Source of the DNA: Eledone cirrhosa
Taxonomy: Eukaryota
Assembly (NCBI GenBank): GCA_964016885.1
Contig: OZ024741.1
Coordinates: 324,756,001-324,820,000 of the forward strand
Reading direction: 5' to 3'
DNA length: 64,000 nucleotides
The notes beneath the pieces are model-generated. The model had not been told where the DNA came from and did not search any database. It was given only the letters and a program-made list of their open reading frames with translations. Shown piece by piece: positions 52,268-64,000 of the stretch (position 1 is its first letter; each line of letters begins with the position of its first letter). A program made the translations under genes and the position numbers.

Positions 52268-54250
52268 TGTGTATGTGGGGGGGGGGGCGTATGTTATGTA
52301 TTTGTGTGTACGTATGTATGTGTATGTCCGTCGGGGCATACGTATGTACTGGCCTAAATCTTCACTATTTACTTTTACTATTTTAATAACCTGTCATTTT
52401 CGTTTTCAATTTTATTTACATCATTCTTAAACTACGGGGCTGGAAATCATTCTGTTATGTTAAATAGAATATTAGTCTAACGACTCCATTTATACCATAA
52501 ACTTGGTCTTGTCTTTGCATGAAATTGTTCTTCTCGTTCCACATAACGACGTATTATCCTCGCTTTTGTTCCCGTTCATTGCCAGGGAACGTCTTCACGA
52601 ACCAAAATATCGCCTTCCTGTTTTCGTTCGGTTGGAACGTTTCTCGAAATATTGACTTCTGCGTTCACAGATTACTCTCAGTTCAATTTGAATGGGAAAT
52701 TCCTGTTTCATCGATTTTCTCCGTAACCATGGAAGCTTGTACCCTAAAAGTCGACCCAACGCCTCTTCGGGTCATTCTGCATAACTGTAAATTTTCGCTG
52801 CATTCCACCAAGCCGTTTCGACGTTTATCCGACTACACCTACTTACTTAAATATACAACGTCCGACCACTTCTAATTTATATAGTAGACTAGCAGCTGAG
52901 CCCGGTTGCACCCGGGGCCACTTTTTATTAAGTTAATAATTTGAAAAATATTATTGAAAGTTTATTACAAAGAAGCAGTTTCAGGAAAAAAAAAAAAAAA
53001 TATGCACTTGGGGCTGGACGGCGTACAATGAGAAGTGGAGCGACGTGAAAAGCGTTGTTTATTAACAGCGAAATAGCAATGTCGATGATATGCAATTTGA
53101 AAAATACTACTTACTGTTAGTGGTGGTTAACATGTATTAGAATTAAAATAAAAACACGCGTCCCTTCTTCACAATTTCGCCAAGGGGGCGATACTTGGTT
53201 TTAGTGTCCTAAATTATCATCATTGACATTCAATTATTAGCTCCACCCACTACACGGTACGTCACGACACGTCATCAGCTGCTGCTGGTGCTTGATTTTT
53301 ACATGTTCATTTTCTTACATGCTTCATTTTTACACGAAAAAACATTAAATTTTTAGAATAAATATTTATTAAAATATTAATTCTAAAAATTTTATGTTTA
53401 TTAAAATATTAACAAAGAAAATTAGATTTTTGATTCATTTTTTGAACAAAATAAATATTTATTTACAGTTTTTCACAGAAAAACTATGCTTCATTTTTAT
53501 ATGAATATTTATTTACAGTATTTAACAGAAAAAAAATTGCTGCGAAATACAATATTTTTTTTAACAGATTTACAGTTTTTAACAACAGAAAAAAAATTTC
53601 TTTACACAATATATTGTTGCGATATACAGTTTAAAATTTTTTCGAAACGTTTACCTTCGTGACGTATCGTGTAGTGAGTGGAGCTAATAATTGAATGTCG
53701 ATGATGATAATTTAGGACACTAAAACCAAGTATCGCCAAGGGTTTTATTTCTTTTGATAGAAAACAGTGACCGTACTGCAGAATCGATTTCATAAAACGG
53801 TACTATATGATCGTTAAATGTAGAAGAATGATAGTTTATTAACAGCGAAATAGCAATGTCGATGATATGCAAGTTTAAAAATGCATATTATGAAGGTTTG
53901 TATGATAGTTTACACTTTTTCCTGAAACTGCTTCTTTCAATAATATTTTTCAAATTATTGGTACTGTATGTTAACAGCGAAAGAACGTTGATGAGTTTAA
54001 AAATGTGTATGAAATTGTAAATAAGACAAAAGTATTAGAACAGGAGGAAATAACTCACCGAACGCGATAGTTTGGGGGCCCCAGGGACCACATTTTTCAA
54101 GTTAGAGATTTGAAACCTCGTCTATTTGCTTCCTTGGCACTTTTTACATAGGTGTGTAAATTTTCATGTCAGTCCGACCACGTCTACTACCATTTAACCG
54201 TGCACATTTGAATTTCAACCACCGCCCATTTCACAAATATATATTAGATT
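51787..54250 (+). mobile_element. Two adjacent Helitron/Helentron-like non-autonomous elements
   Basis: Both begin ACTAGCAG..CCCGG....CC/TCGGG hairpin (51787, 52888) and end TATA(G/T)TAGA (~52888, ~54249); the second has internal inverted and direct repeats. Confidence 0.55.
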
Positions 54251-56307
54251 GCAAATGTTTCTCCGGCGAACAGCTCGAGGTGCGATCTGTTGGTGGATCG
54301 ACCTGACTCTGGATTCGCAAGTTCCTCAGATACGTCTGTTGGTTACAAAGCAGGTTCTCTTTCTAAAGTGTTCCGATCTGCCGAGTATATATCGTCTGTC
54401 TTCATCCTGTCCGCGCGTCCTCTGGGTTGGTCACTGGTTTGTGACGTCATCACAGTTCTGGCCACTGATATCTGCCCTCTGACCATCTAGTCGTGAGATG
54501 TCACTCATCTTCGTCCCATCCTCAAAATTACTGCTATGTGTACTTACACACACTCCCGTACAAACACACACACACACACGCGCGGACTGACACACACAGA
54601 TAGAGCCTGCGTGCTTGCGTTCTCGCATGTACCTACACATTCATATACACTTATCTACATATACACCCACACGTACACAGTCACACACATGTACATGCAC
54701 GCACAGAGAAGCATATATACCCACACATGCACATATGCGTACGCATACACACAGACACACATATTTGTAGTTACATACATCCACCTACCTACACACACAC
54801 ATATACATATACACCTACACACATATGCACACACACACACACATGTATACACACATATATATATATGTATACATATATATACACACACGTGTACATACAC
54901 ACACACACGCACGCACACGTATATATTTTCGTCCTACCCATGTGTACATACATACACACACACATATATATATATATACACACATACATATATATACACT
55001 CACACGTATATATATATACACATATATATATATATACACACACATACATATATATAAATATACACTCACACGTACATATATATATACACATATATATATA
55101 CACACATACATATATATATATACACACATACACATATGCGCCCCATGTATACGCACCCGTGCTTACATATGCACTCAAATGGGCCTACATTTTCACGCAC
55201 ACACATTCACACATATATATATCTATATCCACATACATATACACACGTGCACACAGATACCTATATACGCCATATGCATACACACACATATATATATGCA
55301 TACACACGTATATGTTCATACACACATACACCCACACATGCGCACACATGTCTACACACACATATTTATGTGTGCACACATATACACATACCCATCCACA
55401 CACACATATATATATATATACACACACACACATATACGCATACGTGCGCGTACTTTTACCAGCACATGCACACACATATACGTCCACCTGGACATATATA
55501 CACCCACGCACACAAGCGTATATGTATACATACCCCACCCCCCCGCGCGCTCATAGGCGGACGTACATGCACATACGTACGCTCATATATCTGAATGAAC
55601 TGTGTATAAAAGTATAAAAATATAAAAGTGTAAAAATATAAAAGTATAAAAATATAAAAGTGTAAAAAATAAACTTATAAAATATGCAAAAATATATTAA
55701 AAATATATAAAAGTAATAAAAAATAATGACTATAAACTGTATAAAAAGTATCTGGAGGGGGTATGCAGGGAGTACATGGTGCTGTACATCGAGATGTTAC
55801 GTGAGGAAATAGGTGTAAGGTAGGGAGAAAGTGCGCATGGGGGTACGATATTTAGTGCATGCAGCATCTCATATGCCGGTATATCGGTACGTTCAGACAT
55901 ACTTTGGTGTACATGTTGACAGAGTTGGCATTATGGTACTAACGTGGAATAATCCACTTATAGAAATCTCAAGCAGAATTACATATGTTGAGCTCATGGG
56001 AATAATGTAAAGGGTATAGACAGAACATACAAAGAATGCATACAGAATATAAACAAATACATACATATATAATATATAAGCATATGAATATATAAGGAAA
56101 GCGTATAAAAAAACACATTGGGTTGTACATGGGTGCCGGTGTCCTTCAAGTCCCATATTAGGTCCGCCAGCCTAGTGGTGTGTCTCTTGCTTCCCGGTCC
56201 TTAAAAGAACTTGTGTGATTACGCTGGGTCCTGACCCTGTTCGGCGTTCCTCCGATTCTGCGGGTGTTGTTCTGTCTTAGACCTAGTCCTATACCGTCGT
56301 CTGTCAG

Positions 56308-56366
<59 letters not shown>

Positions 56367-57673
56367 ATGTGTGGTGGGGTCAGATGCACCTCCTGGGTTG
56401 TGTCTACCCGTTATTTCATCCCCTATGTTACCGTTATCTATATATCTACCATGTGCGTCCGGATTACGCTGTCCGCTTAGTGACATATTGTGTTCTATAT
56501 TGTCGGGTCTACTGGTGGTCCCGCTAATGCTATCTGGTACTGTTGTCGGGGTCATTTCATTGCTATTGATCCGGGTGTTCCCTCTATCTGGTTCCAGGTC
56601 CAGATCTGCCTTTACTCTGTCACTAGTTCCAGTTTCCGCGTTGCGCATTGTGTCTGTGTATACTATGTGGTCTACCGTCCGCGCGTACCTGTGTCTGTCT
56701 TAGTGTCAATCTAGCGCTCCTAGTGTAATCTATACTGCTAGCCCTATTCTTAGATGCTTGTTCCGGGTTATTCTGCCTACCTATAGAAGTCCTACTGCTA
56801 TCCTCATATGCGCGTTCATCACCGCTGGGCCTTTCCCTGTCTGGGGTGTACACTGTGGCTTCTGTGTAACTGGCCCTGCGTAGTGCCTCATTATAATAGT
56901 CGGCGTGCTGGTTGAACACGTCTGCGTTGGCCGACAGGGTGGATACGCGTTTGGATACCCTTCTTACTATGGCGTCTATTACGGACTTGGGGTGGTTCGA
57001 GTGCCTGTTTACGTACTGTAGGTTCTCGTTTGGCTTGTGGTAAGGCCGGTGTTACATCTAGGAAATTCACCGTCTTAGTGCTAGGATCTATCATCACGGA
57101 TAAGCCGTGCTGTTAAAAAAAAAATGCGATATGCGCTTCCTCATACGCTCCAGCTGGTTGAGGTTTAGGGAGAGGAAGCTAAATAGTGCGTCGTCTCTAT
57201 ATATTCTTCCGCAGATCCCTGGGATTTCCTCCGCTAGCCTTTGGAGAAGATATATTCCCACCAGGTCCGTCACCTGCGCAGAGTCACTCGACCCCATAGT
57301 AATATCGAAACTATCGGGTCTGTCCCTCCTTGCCCAAAGTTTATTGTCGAAGCTAATTAACGTCTTTCTCGCTGGTATTATGATGTTAACTTCTTCTCTA
57401 GTGAGGTTGGACTTAGCCATGGCGCTCATGAGGGCCTTGTTCACGATTACTGGTGATACGGACGCGTAGTAATTCACTATGTCCAATTGAATGAAATTTA
57501 CTTGATGTTTGCTATCTAATAGCGAGAACCAGTCTATTACCTCCTTGGTGGAGGTCCATAAGCTAAGCCTAGTTTTAGTCCTAAGTACCGGTAGGATCCT
57601 ATCTATGATATTCTTACTGGCCCTACCTAGGTCTCCTAACGGGGGAGATTTGTCCTAAAGTCTAATTTGTGAT

Positions 57674-57677
<4 letters not shown>
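54250..57677 (-). mobile_element. 5'-truncated Penelope-like element (related to 9713-13400), internally deleted, with a CA/TA-rich 3' UTR
   Basis: LSLWTSTKEVIDWF, QLDIVNYY, FDITMGSSDSAQVTDLVG, IYRDD, VNFLDVT, SNHP, FNQHADYYNEAL; GIY-YIG remnant HTTRLADLIWDLKD at ~56130-56185. Confidence 0.85.
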
Positions 57678-57712
<35 letters not shown>

Positions 57713-58286
57713 TTAAAATAAGCAGTCTTATATGATAGAACCAGGAGTGGTTTCGGACGGTTTGACATGAAAAGTGACAAAATGATAATAGTTATAAACA
57801 AGATGTTTGTTTTTAATAATAATTGGTTCATGTAACATAAGAACCTATTTAGTAGATTTAATCAGTTAAGTACTGTGTATAAGTGTCTCATTGTATAACA
57901 ATTAGAAATGTGGAACAATGTTATAGTTAACAATTGGTTTTCTGGAGTAAAACCCAGTGTCTGTTGGTTTGTTTACGTTAGGAAATTAAATACCATAATA
58001 AAAATGTTCCTACATTTGGCACAAGGCCAGCAATTACTGTGCTTTATTTTATCGACCCCATAAGGATAATAATAATAATAATAGTTTCTACTTTTGGCAC
58101 AAGGACAGCAAGTATCAGTGTATTACTGGTACTTTATTTTATCAACCCCGTAAGGATGAAAGGCAAAGTTAACCTCGGCGGGATTTGAACTCAGATTGGA
58201 AAGGGCCGTAACTCTATGCGTCAAAGCATGGCGTCCGATCCTCTACCGATACTGCCAATAATAATAATAATTGTTTCTACTTTTTA

Positions 58287-58329
<43 letters not shown>

Positions 58330-58386
58330 GTAGTAAAAGTTAGGTGGAAATATCCAAGGGTAAGAACACTCAGTCCATAGGTTTAG

Positions 58387-58557
58387 TATAAATAATTCCA
58401 ACACCGACATAAGCATGTACTCAAGTTTCGTTGGGTTCTGGGCCCCAACTCATTCAGCCTGTCATGAGGAAAAAAAACATGACAGGCTGAATGAGTTGGG
58501 GCCCAGAACCCAACGAAACTTGAGTACCTGTTTATGTCACTGTTGTAATTATTTATA
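58387..58557. ncRNA. Palindromic pair of divergent hammerhead ribozymes, one on each strand
   Basis: Perfect 50-bp arms 58417-58466 and 58478-58527 around an 11-nt A-rich loop; each reads CATGACAGG-CTGAATGA-GTTGGG gcccagaa CCCAAC-GAAAC ttga GTA; the + copy closes stem I with CCTGTTTATG. Confidence 0.82.
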
Positions 58558-58565
58558 TATAATCA

Positions 58566-58583
58566 AAAGGTACCTGATTGATC

Positions 58584-58651
<68 letters not shown>

Positions 58652-58670
58652 GATCAATCAGGTGCCCTTT
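58566..58670. repeat. Hairpin with microsatellite core
   Basis: AAAGGTACCTGATTGATCT(GT)n(AT)n(AC)nAGATCAATCAGGTGCCCTTT. Confidence 0.8.
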
Positions 58671-59744
58671 GTTTACATTTTATTATGTACGGCAATTGTC
58701 AACTTAAACAGAAATAGCACTTTTTATTTAACTTTCGTCTTATTGCTAATAATCCTATATAACAAACGGTAAACTGATTTTTTTTAAAACGAACTAGGCA
58801 CCTTTTTGTTGGTTTGTTTTTCATTTCGTGTTGGAGTGAGTTTATAATGTTAACTTTTAATACAGTATATAACATAACATGCAATTAAAATATATTAATT
58901 TATAATATATAACAGTAGAAATTAAAAAAAGATTTACCGTGAATATTTTGTTGCTCTTCTTCAATTTAGGGTAGAGTTATTTAACGCAGAGTTTAATAAT
59001 AATTCAAAAGACGAGAGATCCGTCAAACAAGATTTATACATTTCATAGCAGAAGCTGCTGTAGAAGAGATGTGTTTTTCCGGTGAAAAGTTTGTGAGTGT
59101 TCCTTATTATTTTAAATCCTGGGTTACAAGAGAGATGCAATGGAAGAGAAAGAAGCTAATCATCAGATCCGACCAAGGAAATAATGTTTCCATTGGTCTT
59201 TTCATTACAACTATTATCCGTCAGGCGCAACTGTTGGCAGAAGGAGGCGGGATTTAAACTCAGGATGTACTGAGCCATATCAGATACTTCAAAGCATCTT
59301 GTTGGACTTCGCCGGGATTTGAATTCAGAACGTAACAAAGACATTACTAAATACCAAACAAAATATTTCAGCCGACACTACCGATTCTGCCAATCCACTT
59401 AACCATAATCTCCTCTAAAATTGTTGGCTTTGTGCCTAAATCAAAATCATTTTCAAGAAGCAGTTCTCAGAGTTACCTCCCGTGCACTATGAAGTTCTCT
59501 CTAAGCTTCCCGATGATATTTATTGTCAAGAGGTGGTTGAGCGGAAAACTTGATAGTACACTGGAAAAAATGTCTTGCTTGTCACGACTGTTTAGGATTT
59601 TGAGTTTAAATACTCACCCTAATTATTTGAAGCTTTCCAGTTAAGTCCCTTCTTGTTCTCAGTTCAAATCCCACTTTCATTTTTCTGGTCAATTGTATTT
59701 CTTTCGATTTAAATTACTATATCTCTATACAAAACGTTTCCTGA

Positions 59745-59890
59745 TATGGCTGTGTGGTTAAGGAGTTTGCTCGGCAACCACACAGTTCTGGGTTCAATCC
59801 TACTGCGCGGCACCTTAGGCAAGTGTCTTTTACTATAGCTTTGGATTGTCCAGTGCTTTGTGAGTGAAATTTAGTAAATGAGAACTGCAG
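59745..59890 (+). mobile_element. tRNA-derived SINE (third family)
   Basis: TGGCTGTGTGGTTAAG A box, GGTTCAATCC B box, CACCTTAGGCAAGTGTCTT body. Confidence 0.65.
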
Positions 59891-61194
59891 AATTTATATA
59901 TATATTGTGTGTGTCTGTTTACGTTTGTATATAGCAGTTCGACAAAAACAAAGAAACTATCGACATTTTTGTGGGTTGCAATGTGACAGTCTTGATATCT
60001 TCCTCGATCTCCGTTGCCCAGTCTATTTTTGTGTGCCCTAGTTGTTGTATAACTCAGGGTTAGCCCTGATAAAGCAGCTCACATATTTATGGTCCTAGTC
60101 ATATACCATATCTCTGCTTGGCTGAGACAATACTTCACAACCTGACATTAAAGCAAGCCAGTCATATATACAGGGTGATTCAAAATATTTGATATCATAG
60201 CCTGTTCCCAATGGTGTCACATTAAAATATATATTGTGAACCCGTCTAACCCATGCTAACGTAAAACGGTGATGATGATGATTATGAATTAGTGTTGTAA
60301 TGTTGAAAATGTTTGAGGAATAAATCTTACATTGCTCAACATTAAGCCTGCTCAGTCACATTATCCTAGACTTTGTAGTTTCTGGGTTATATATATATAC
60401 ACCTCACATTTTTTAAAACACCATGTATATAGTCAGAACATTGTTCACATCTCCATCTGCCCAATGCAGTGATGTATCCTATGAGGTGCAGTACAACAAT
60501 CTGGTCATGTTGCTTCCCACCCACATTGACTAGGCTATGTATATTTGCCAACAGATTTTTTGGAGGTTCCCACAGCAAAAGTAGGCAAGATGAAACATGA
60601 GAGTGAAAGTCAGAGCAAGCTCCCTCTCCCAATTATCCCAAATAAAATAATTTCAACTCAGTTTGGAAAGCTGACAAATTTAGTTTTTTAATACTGCTTG
60701 TTCTCAACAGTCTAAGAAAATTACTAAGCCTGCAGTTTCCACTATACACTTCCACACTCACCCATGACATATTATGTGACAGGTCATAACACCATACAAT
60801 CTACTCCACTACTTTGGATCTATCAACAACATTGCTACAAGGCAAAGATTTTTAGCAATTTATTAATTGATCGCAGGAAATTATTTGTGTATATTTAAAT
60901 TAGCACAAGGCTAACAATTTTTGGGGAAATCAACCTCAGTATATTACTGGTACTTTATTTTATCAACTCCCATAAGGATGAAAGGCTAAGCTATCATCAG
61001 CGGGATTTGAAATCAGAACGTAAAGGGACGTAACTACATGCTGCAAAGCATGTTTTCCAACGTTCTCCGATTACTGCCAATCCACCGCCCCTTAAATTTG
61101 TATAAAATAATAATCCTTTAACGTTCAGTAATGTACCTCTCTCAGTTCTGCTGCCTAGTTGGCTTTAATGGTAGCACCAGCACTGATCCTTTAA

Positions 61195-61414
61195 CACTTT
61201 ATCATATACATTACTCTATATATACTATTGTATTTTCACAGTAAAGGCTTTACCTCATTAATTATCTCACATAATATCGAATGTATGAGATTTTGTTGTT
61301 ATTTATTTTGAGAACAATACCTTAACGTTGATATGAACAGCCAGTCACAGTCAGTTTGAACAGAATGAGGTGAGGGAATTCTGGCCAGATATGGCCGGTT
61401 TAAATGCCTAAGGG
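61195..61414. mobile_element. piggyBac-like MITE, second copy
   Basis: TTAA-CACTTTATCAT ... TAAATGCCTAAGGG-TTAA; internal similarity to 42805-43025. Confidence 0.7.
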
Positions 61415-61801
61415 TTAATGTTCAGTAATGTACCTCTCTAAAGTCTGTAACCTAAGTGGCTTTAATGGTAGCACCAGCACTGGAGATAGTTACTGTTCTT
61501 CTGTACTCCTTGCTGCTCAGTAGTGTGCAGGGGGTGGAGGCATCGATATTGGGGTAGATGGTAGAGGTGGTGGTCGGACATTCAACCAAAGTGTCACACA
61601 GGCTTCTCCATTCAATATGGCTACTGAGCGCAATACCCATCCAAAAGAGATTATTAAAATATGTGCCAGACGCTTTAAAAAAAAGTTCTTAGGTCAATAT
61701 GCTCAACTAAATGTCTTCAAAGCAGTGCCCAGCATGAAACCAATTTAATAACAGAATAAGAGTAAAGACATTAAAATCAAAAAGAAAAGATTTATTATTA
61801 T

Positions 61802-61807
<6 letters not shown>

Positions 61808-61839
<32 letters not shown>

Positions 61840-61856
61840 TATATATTATATATATG

Positions 61857-61890
<34 letters not shown>

Positions 61891-61892
61891 TG

Positions 61893-61926
<34 letters not shown>

Positions 61927-62044
61927 TGATATATATATATATATATATATAATATATATGATATATATATATATATATATATAATATATATGATATATAT
62001 ATATATATATATATATATGATATATATATATATATATATATATA

Positions 62045-62126
<82 letters not shown>

Positions 62127-62193
62127 TATATATAATATATATGATATATAAATGATATATATAATATATATGGTATATATATATATTATATAT

Positions 62194-62236
<43 letters not shown>
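61808..62236. repeat. Interrupted (TA)n microsatellite; similar tracts at ~1737, 2794, 3514, 4007, 4311, 7056, 7625, 8020, 16852, 23510, 27170, 29165, 31609, 39057, 39478, 41147
   Basis: Direct observation. Confidence 0.95.
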
Positions 62237-62238
<2 letters not shown>

Positions 62239-62679
62239 TAGATATATTTGATAGGAGAAAGAATGTTTATAAATATTTCATTTCCTTTGTAGGGTGTTTT
62301 TTGTTTGTCTTTTTCTTTTTCCTGTGTGATATCACAATTTTATAGTGTTTCTCTCTCTCATACCATTGTAACCAAGTGGAGATATCACATGATATTATTA
62401 TAATATAATAGAAATGGCATGTAGTTTTAGAAACCATGCCAAATCAGGAACATATGTGGCCCCTACCCTTCTGGGGTAGACAGTAATTCTGATAAAGTAC
62501 AGACTTCGTCTGTAACGACCCATCAAACCCATGCCAGTATGGAAAAACAGACGTTAAATAATGATGATGATAAGGAGGAGAATGATGTTGATGAATATCA
62601 TATGATATTATCATATACTAATTTTTGGAATATCACATTATCACAATATAATATAATAGATATCATATATATTATAATA

Positions 62680-62988
62680 CAGTAAAACCTGGGTCCACGA
62701 ATGCCTCTAATCATGAACAAATCAGTTTATGAACAATTTTTTCAAACATAAAACATCTCAGTTCATGAACAGTGTCTCGAGTAACACACAAGCCAGCAAC
62801 AATGGCAAAGTGTCACTTGTTGTGTAGTTAGTTACTATGATGATGTCTACCTGTCATTCACACAGTCTCACTCTTGCTGTATTTCTCTCTCAACATTTTG
62901 TATGGTAAAAATAGTTTCAGTTAATGAACATTTCAAGTGACGAACATCCTTCAGGGATGAATTAACTTCGTGAACCGAGCTTCCACTG
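62680..62988. mobile_element. pogo/Tigger-like MITE with TA target duplication
   Basis: TA-CAGTAAAACCTGGGTCCACGAA ... TTCGTGAACCGAGCTTCCACTG-TA. Confidence 0.75.
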
Positions 62989-63249
62989 TATATGGAATAT
63001 CACATATTATCATATAATGGATATCACAAATTATTATATTATAATATAATGGATAGCACAAATTATCATATTATAATATAATGGATATCTCATATTGTCA
63101 TATCATATGATCATAAAATAACATACTGAATATCATGATATTATTGTAATGTAATATATGGGATATCACATGATATAATATATTCCTGTGGTGCACACTC
63201 ACTCGCTCCCCTTGCAATATATCATCTTACTTTTTTTTTTATCAATGAT

Positions 63250-63925
63250 TTCCATGGAAACAAATCAAGTGACTAGTTATAAATGTAAAATGGTTTCCAA
63301 GGGAACAAAGCTGTCATGTGACCAGTTATAAATGTAAGACAGTTTCTATGGGAACAGAGTCATAAATGTAAGATGGTTTCTATAGGAACAGAGTCATAAA
63401 TGTAAGATGGTTTCTATGGGAACAGTCATAAATGTAAGATGGTTTCTATGAGAACAGTCATAAATGTAAGATGGTTTCTATGGGAACAGAGTCATAAATG
63501 TAAGATGGTTTCTATGAGAACAGTCATAAATGTAAGATGGTTTCTATGGGAACAGAGTCATAAAAGTACGATGGTTTCTATGAGAACAGTCATAAATGTA
63601 AGATGGTTTCTATGAGAACAGTCATAAATGTAAGATGGTTTCTATGAGAACAGTCATAAATGTACGATGGTTTCTATGAGAACAGTCATAAATGTAAGAT
63701 GGTTTCTATGAGAACAGTCATAAATGTAAGATGGTTTCTATGGAAAAAAAAGCTGTCATGTGATCAGTCAAACAAAATAGTTTCTATGGGAACAGAGGTA
63801 TCACATGACCAGTCATAAGTGTAATATGGTTTCTGTGGAAACAAAAATGATCACATGACCAGTCATAAGTGTAATATGGTTTCTATGGAAACACAAGTGA
63901 TCACGTGACCAGTTATAAATGTAAT
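63250..63925. repeat. Minisatellite: 30/32-bp homogeneous core flanked by ~42-bp diverged units
   Basis: (AAATGTAAGATGGTTTCTATGAGAACAGTCAT)n at ~63330-63745; flanking units add a TCACATGACCAG-like segment. Confidence 0.9.
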
Positions 63926-64000
63926 AGGTGGAATAAAGACATAAAGCTATTGTATCATGATTAAAATATAAAAACAGGCAGGGAATTGGTAGAGTTGTTA

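Noticed and set aside
52809-52823. 15-nt match CAAGCCGTTTCGACG to the HHR at 9807-9900
   Set aside because: No flanking similarity or core; one match of this length is plausible by chance in a 64-kb self-comparison.
63330-63745. Regular ~30-bp repeats resembling a CRISPR array
   Set aside because: No unique spacers, no cas genes, eukaryotic context; a simple minisatellite.

Overview
Repeat-dense, AT-rich eukaryotic DNA. The SINE family, C2H2 zinc-finger array and repeat landscape suggest an octopus or other cephalopod (inference). Host-like coding sequence is limited to one single-exon UDP-glycosyltransferase ORF (18297-19790, +) and a disrupted C2H2 zinc-finger array (about 46879-47735, -). 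The rest consists of at least six decayed Penelope-like retroelements (PLEs; RT and/or GIY-YIG), RTE, Tx1/L1 and CRE-type LINE fragments, a hAT transposase relic, several MITEs, many tRNA-derived SINEs and micro/minisatellites. Most short ORFs in the track are microsatellite artefacts. The most striking unannotated signal, read by eye, is a high density of type I hammerhead ribozyme (HHR) folds: about 12 well-formed and several degenerate, mostly next to (TA)n tracts and often followed by AATAAA. Many have large or branched stem II inserts or variant cores (U3-A8 swap, an extra core nucleotide). They include a palindromic back-to-back HHR pair (58387-58557) and a non-coding 664-nt retrozyme-like unit with a 5' inversion (1768-2793). 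Ribozyme activity is predicted from motif and pairing only, not tested.
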